This document shows, piece after piece, positions 49,364 to 51,830 of a stretch of 51,830 nucleotides of DNA. The notes under the pieces were generated by a model, which was not told where the DNA came from, did no database searches, and worked only from the letters and a program-made list of their open reading frames with translations. Positions within the stretch are counted from its first letter, which is position 1, and every line of letters begins with the position of its first letter. The translations under genes and the position numbers were made by a program. The stretch spans positions 1 to 51,830 of the forward strand of contig JAGTQA010000015.1 in assembly GCA_018396975.1 (NCBI GenBank), written 5' to 3'. This DNA comes from Candidatus Bathyarchaeota archaeon (GTDB taxonomy: Archaea > Thermoproteota > Bathyarchaeia > Bathyarchaeales > DTEX01).

Positions 49364-50207
49364 AATAGTTAAGGTCGGCGTATTAAAGGCTGGATGCATA
49401 GGATCGCTTCCATTAATAGAATTCCTTTTAGATGAGAGAGCTGATAGGGAAGATATTCAGGTTAAAGTTATCGGTTCAGGAGCTAAAGTTACCACTGAAC
49501 AATGCATAGAGAGCGCTGAACAAATTTTGAAGTATGATGTTGACCTAATAATCTTTATTGGTCCAGCGCAGACAACGCAAGGTCCCTCTGAGGCACGCAG
49601 AATTCTTAGAGTCTCTAATAAACCAGTAATAGTGGTATCAGATAGCCCTGCGAAAAGAATCATTAAGGAACTTGATGAATCTGGTTTTGGGTATATAATT
49701 GTTGAAGCTGATTCAATGATAGGTGCTAGGAGGGAGTTTCTCGATCCGGCTGAAATGGCCCTATACAATTCCGATATAATTAAGGTTTTAGCTGTAACTG
49801 GTGTCTTAAACCTCATTGTTAGTGAGATAGATAGAGTGATTGATGCGATTAAATCCGGCGGCGAGCTTAATCTGCCTAGACTTATAATTGATGGTAAGAG
49901 GGCTGTTGAGGCGGCTGGTTTCTCGAATCCTTATGCTAGGGCTAAGGCTATGGCAGCTTATGAGCTCGCTAAGCAGGTCTCCACATTAACCTTTGAGGCT
50001 TGCTTTAAAGTGCAGGAGCCAGAGACTTATATTCCGCTCGTTGCCGCAGCGCATGAAATTATGAGGACAGCGGCGAAACTTGCTGATGAGGCTAGAGAGA
50101 TTGAGAAGAAGAACGACTCTGTCCTTAGGAGACCGCACTTCAGGGACGGCTCCCGTGGAGAGAAGAGACTTCTAATGGAGAGACCTAGAAGACCTGTTAC
50201 TTCATGA
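49356..50207 (+). CDS. mtd: F420-dependent methylenetetrahydromethanopterin dehydrogenase
   Basis: N-terminus VGVLKAGCIGSLPLIEFLLDERADREDIQVKVIGSGAK matches the Mtd signature (LLDERADRED). Confidence 0.85.
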   Translation: MSKIVKVGVLKAGCIGSLPLIEFLLDERADREDIQVKVIGSGAKVTTEQCIESAEQILKYDVDLIIFIGPAQTTQGPSEARRILRVSNKPVIVVSDSPAKRIIKELDESGFGYIIVEADSMIGARREFLDPAEMALYNSDIIKVLAVTGVLNLIVSEIDRVIDAIKSGGELNLPRLIIDGKRAVEAAGFSNPYARAKAMAAYELAKQVSTLTFEACFKVQEPETYIPLVAAAHEIMRTAAKLADEAREIEKKNDSVLRRPHFRDGSRGEKRLLMERPRRPVTS

Positions 50208-50285
50208 GGGATGGACTTTAAGCCAGATAAACAGATATAAGCGAGATTCGTTCTGAGAAGAATAAAAAGGAATGGTGAGGGACTG

Positions 50286-50561
50286 ATGCCGGCAATAGAG
50301 ATCGGAAGGGTTTGTGTGAAGATTAGGGGCAGAGAGGCTGGAAAACGCTGTGTAATACTTGACATCATAGACAAGAACTTTGTGTTGGTAACCGGGCCAA
50401 AAAATGTTACGGGTGTTAGACGAAGACGCGCAAACATAAGCCACCTAAAGCCGACGGAAGATATCCTCAAGATAAGGAGGGGTGCATCAGATGAAGAAGT
50501 CTATAAGGCCTTAGTTGAGTCAGGAAAGCTTGAGGAGTATAGGCGAGAAGAAAAACTTTAA
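50286..50561 (+). CDS. rpl14e: 50S ribosomal protein L14e
   Basis: IEIGRVCVKIRGREAGKRCVI KOW-like N-terminus; ~91 aa. Confidence 0.85.
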   Translation: MPAIEIGRVCVKIRGREAGKRCVILDIIDKNFVLVTGPKNVTGVRRRRANISHLKPTEDILKIRRGASDEEVYKALVESGKLEEYRREEKL

Positions 50562-50597
50562 GGTATTTAACTATCGATTATTGTTGAGGAGGATGAG

Positions 50598-50826
50598 ATG
50601 CAAGAGATTAAAGCCCCATGGAACATAAAACGGGAGCTACTGACAAAGTCCGAGGACGAAACGGATCCAAAGTATGGATATAAGCCCGAAGAACGTCCAT
50701 ATCCGGACATAATAAGGTTCGGCATAATAAACTTGGATAAGCCTCCAGGCCCCTCGAGCCACGAGGTTACAGCGTGGATTAAGCGCATACTTAGTATTAA
50801 TCATGCTGGTCACGGAGGGACCTTAG
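50598..50826 (+). CDS. cbf5: Cbf5 (H/ACA tRNA/rRNA pseudouridine synthase) exon 1
   Basis: Ends ...HAGHGGTL + G of the Asp codon. The unspliced frame runs into TAA at 50844. Confidence 0.85.
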
Positions 50827-50863
50827 AGCCCATAGCAGTATCTTAAGGGCTATGGGCGTGGAA
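50827..50863 (+). other. bulge-helix-bulge (BHB) intron within the cbf5 coding sequence (37 nt)
   Basis: Helix A GGGA(50817-20)/TCCC(50865-68). Central helix CCTT(50821-24)/GTGG(50858-61). Bulges AGA (50825-27) and AAA (50862-64). Inner 9-bp helix GCCCATAGC/GCTATGGGC. Removal restores GGTL-D-PKVTGILPVALEEA in frame (229+764 nt = 331 codons). Confidence 0.8.
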
Positions 50864-51627
50864 ATCCCAAGGTGACCGGTATCCTACCTGTAGCCCTAGA
50901 GGAGGCAACAAAAGTTATACAGGCGCTGCTAAAGGCTGGTAAAGAGTATGTTGGCGTAATGAAACTCCACGGTGACGTGTCCGAGGAGCGGATTAAGGAG
51001 GTTTTCAGCGAGTTTAAGGGCAAGATTTATCAGAAACCCCCGCTCAGGGCATCTGTCAAGAGGGCTATACGCGTAAGGTCAATCTATTACCTAGATATGT
51101 TAGAGATTGATGGTAGAAATATCCTCTTTAAGGTTGGATGCGAGGCTGGAACATATATTAGGAAGCTTGTTCATGATATAGGTAAAGTTCTAGGCTGCGG
51201 CGCACACATGCATGAGCTCCGCAGAATTAGGGCTGGCCCCTTCATTGAGGACGAAAGCACGGTCACCCTACACGATGTACTATACCTCTACGAGAGGTGG
51301 CGTGAGACTGGCGACATAAGAATGCTTAGAAGGTTCATACTGCCAATGGAGAGGGCCCTTAACCTACTACCAAAGGTCTTTATTAGGGACTCCGCCGTGG
51401 ACGCTATATGCCACGGCGCGCACCTAACGGCCCCGGGCATAACTCATGTTGAGTCTGGAATAAATCCAACAGATACTGTCGCCATACTCACCCTTAAAGG
51501 TGAGGCAGTAGCATTGGGAACAGCTGTAGCCAGCACCGAAGAGATGCTCAAAGCCACGCATGGAATAATGGTTAAGACAGAGAGGGTCCTAATGCCAAGG
51601 GGGACATACCCAAAACTCTGGCGATAA
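50864..51627 (+). CDS. cbf5: Cbf5 exon 2
   Basis: Begins with AT of the Asp codon, then PKVTGILPVALEEATK ... and a PUA domain at the C-terminus. Confidence 0.85.
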
Positions 51628-51689
51628 AAATCAAACAACTTAAATAGCCTAGAAAATTTTATAGAAGATTGAGAGCCGGGGTCTCCTAG

Positions 51690-51714
51690 AGCCCAATAAG
51701 AAAGAGGCGGGAAA
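51690..51714 (+). other. tRNA-Ser intron 1 (D-loop, 25 nt)
   Basis: Central helix TCCT(51684-87)/GGGA(51709-12), bulges AGA(51688-90) and AAT(51713-15), inner helix GCC/GGC. The outer helix is not contiguous (relaxed BHB). Confidence 0.6.
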
Positions 51715-51729
51715 TCCGGTAGGGAGCAG

Positions 51730-51755
51730 ATTACAACAAGCAAACGTAAGCTTAA
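51730..51755 (+). other. tRNA-Ser intron 2 (position 29/30, 26 nt)
   Basis: Canonical hBHBh'. Outer helix AGG(51721-23)/CCT(51757-59), central helix GAGC(51724-27)/GCTT(51750-53), bulges AGA(51728-30) and AAG(51754-56), inner helix TTAC/GTAA. Confidence 0.75.
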
Positions 51756-51763
51756 GCCTGGAG

Positions 51764-51778
51764 ACAGAAAAGCCGAAT
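51764..51778 (+). other. tRNA-Ser intron 3 (canonical 37/38, 15 nt)
   Basis: Bulges AGA(51762-64) and ATA(51777-79). The central helix CTGG/CCGA forms 3 of 4 pairs. The outer helix is the anticodon stem and the inner helix is minimal. Confidence 0.55.
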
Positions 51779-51830
51779 AGCCTGTGGCCCACTCTGGGCC
51801 GCGTGGGTTCAAATCCCACCCCCGGCGCCA

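Larger units (their letters stand above)
51675..51830 (+). tRNA. tRNA-Ser (anticodon GGA) with three introns, CCA encoded
   Basis: Acceptor GCCGGGG/CCCCGGC, G73, CCA. T arm GTGGG-TTCAAAT-CCCAC. Long variable arm GGCCC-ACTCT-GGGCC. After removing 51690..51714, 51730..51755 and 51764..51778, a 90-nt type II cloverleaf remains. It has D arm TCCT-AGTCCGGTA-GGGA and anticodon arm CAGGC-CTGGAGA-GCCTG. Confidence 0.75.

Noticed and set aside
50598-51627. cbf5 as a frameshifted or split pseudogene (two ORFs, 50598..50846 and 50872..51627)
   Set aside because: The interruption is exactly 37 nt and folds into a BHB motif. Its removal restores the conserved GGTLDPKVTG motif in frame. An intron explains the data better than decay.
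51779-51830. Isolated tRNA 3' half or truncated tRNA fragment at the window end
   Set aside because: A perfect 7-nt acceptor complement lies 150 nt upstream. Three excisable BHB-bounded segments leave a complete type II cloverleaf, so it is one cis-spliced gene.

Overview
Gene-dense archaeal chromosomal segment with about 60 protein genes and 2 tRNAs, almost all housekeeping. No CRISPR array, integrase, transposase or obvious island boundary was seen. Main content: a LysW-type amino-group-carrier lysine/arginine biosynthesis operon (lysW-X-Y-Z-J-K, minus strand) with a divergent Lrp-type regulator. There is a long co-directional minus-strand block: smc-scpA-scpB, FGGY kinase, rps8e, srp19, gar1-tfb, DUF362, ogg. 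Also present are an ABC-2 exporter, adenine deaminase, alaX, and C1/H4MPT-related genes (stand-alone mtrH, mtd, metV-metF, nfnAB-like), plus rpl14e, a missed rpl41e and cbf5. The combination of H4MPT genes with MetF/MetV, an EF-2 paralog, SMC and a multi-intron tRNA suggests a Bathyarchaeia-like (Thermoproteota) archaeon; this is inference only. Most notable observations: (1) cbf5 is not a broken gene but is interrupted by a 37-nt bulge-helix-bulge (BHB) intron that sits inside the catalytic Asp codon. (2) The terminal tRNA is a tRNA-Ser(GGA) carrying three BHB introns; all four introns share an AGA 5' bulge. (3) An EF-2 paralog lacks the diphthamide histidine. It lies 1.3 kb from a dph6-like gene that is translationally coupled to a GATase1-like protein without the nucleophile Cys. 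(4) A 38-nt pyrimidine-rich intergenic element occurs three times. (5) lysW and lysJ both have 1-nt frame problems at their start regions. (6) There are unusual domain fusions (rhomboid plus alpha-crystallin domain; MFS plus P-loop kinase), a tandem Cas2/PaaX_C-like protein and a poly-Glu/Trp micro-ORF.
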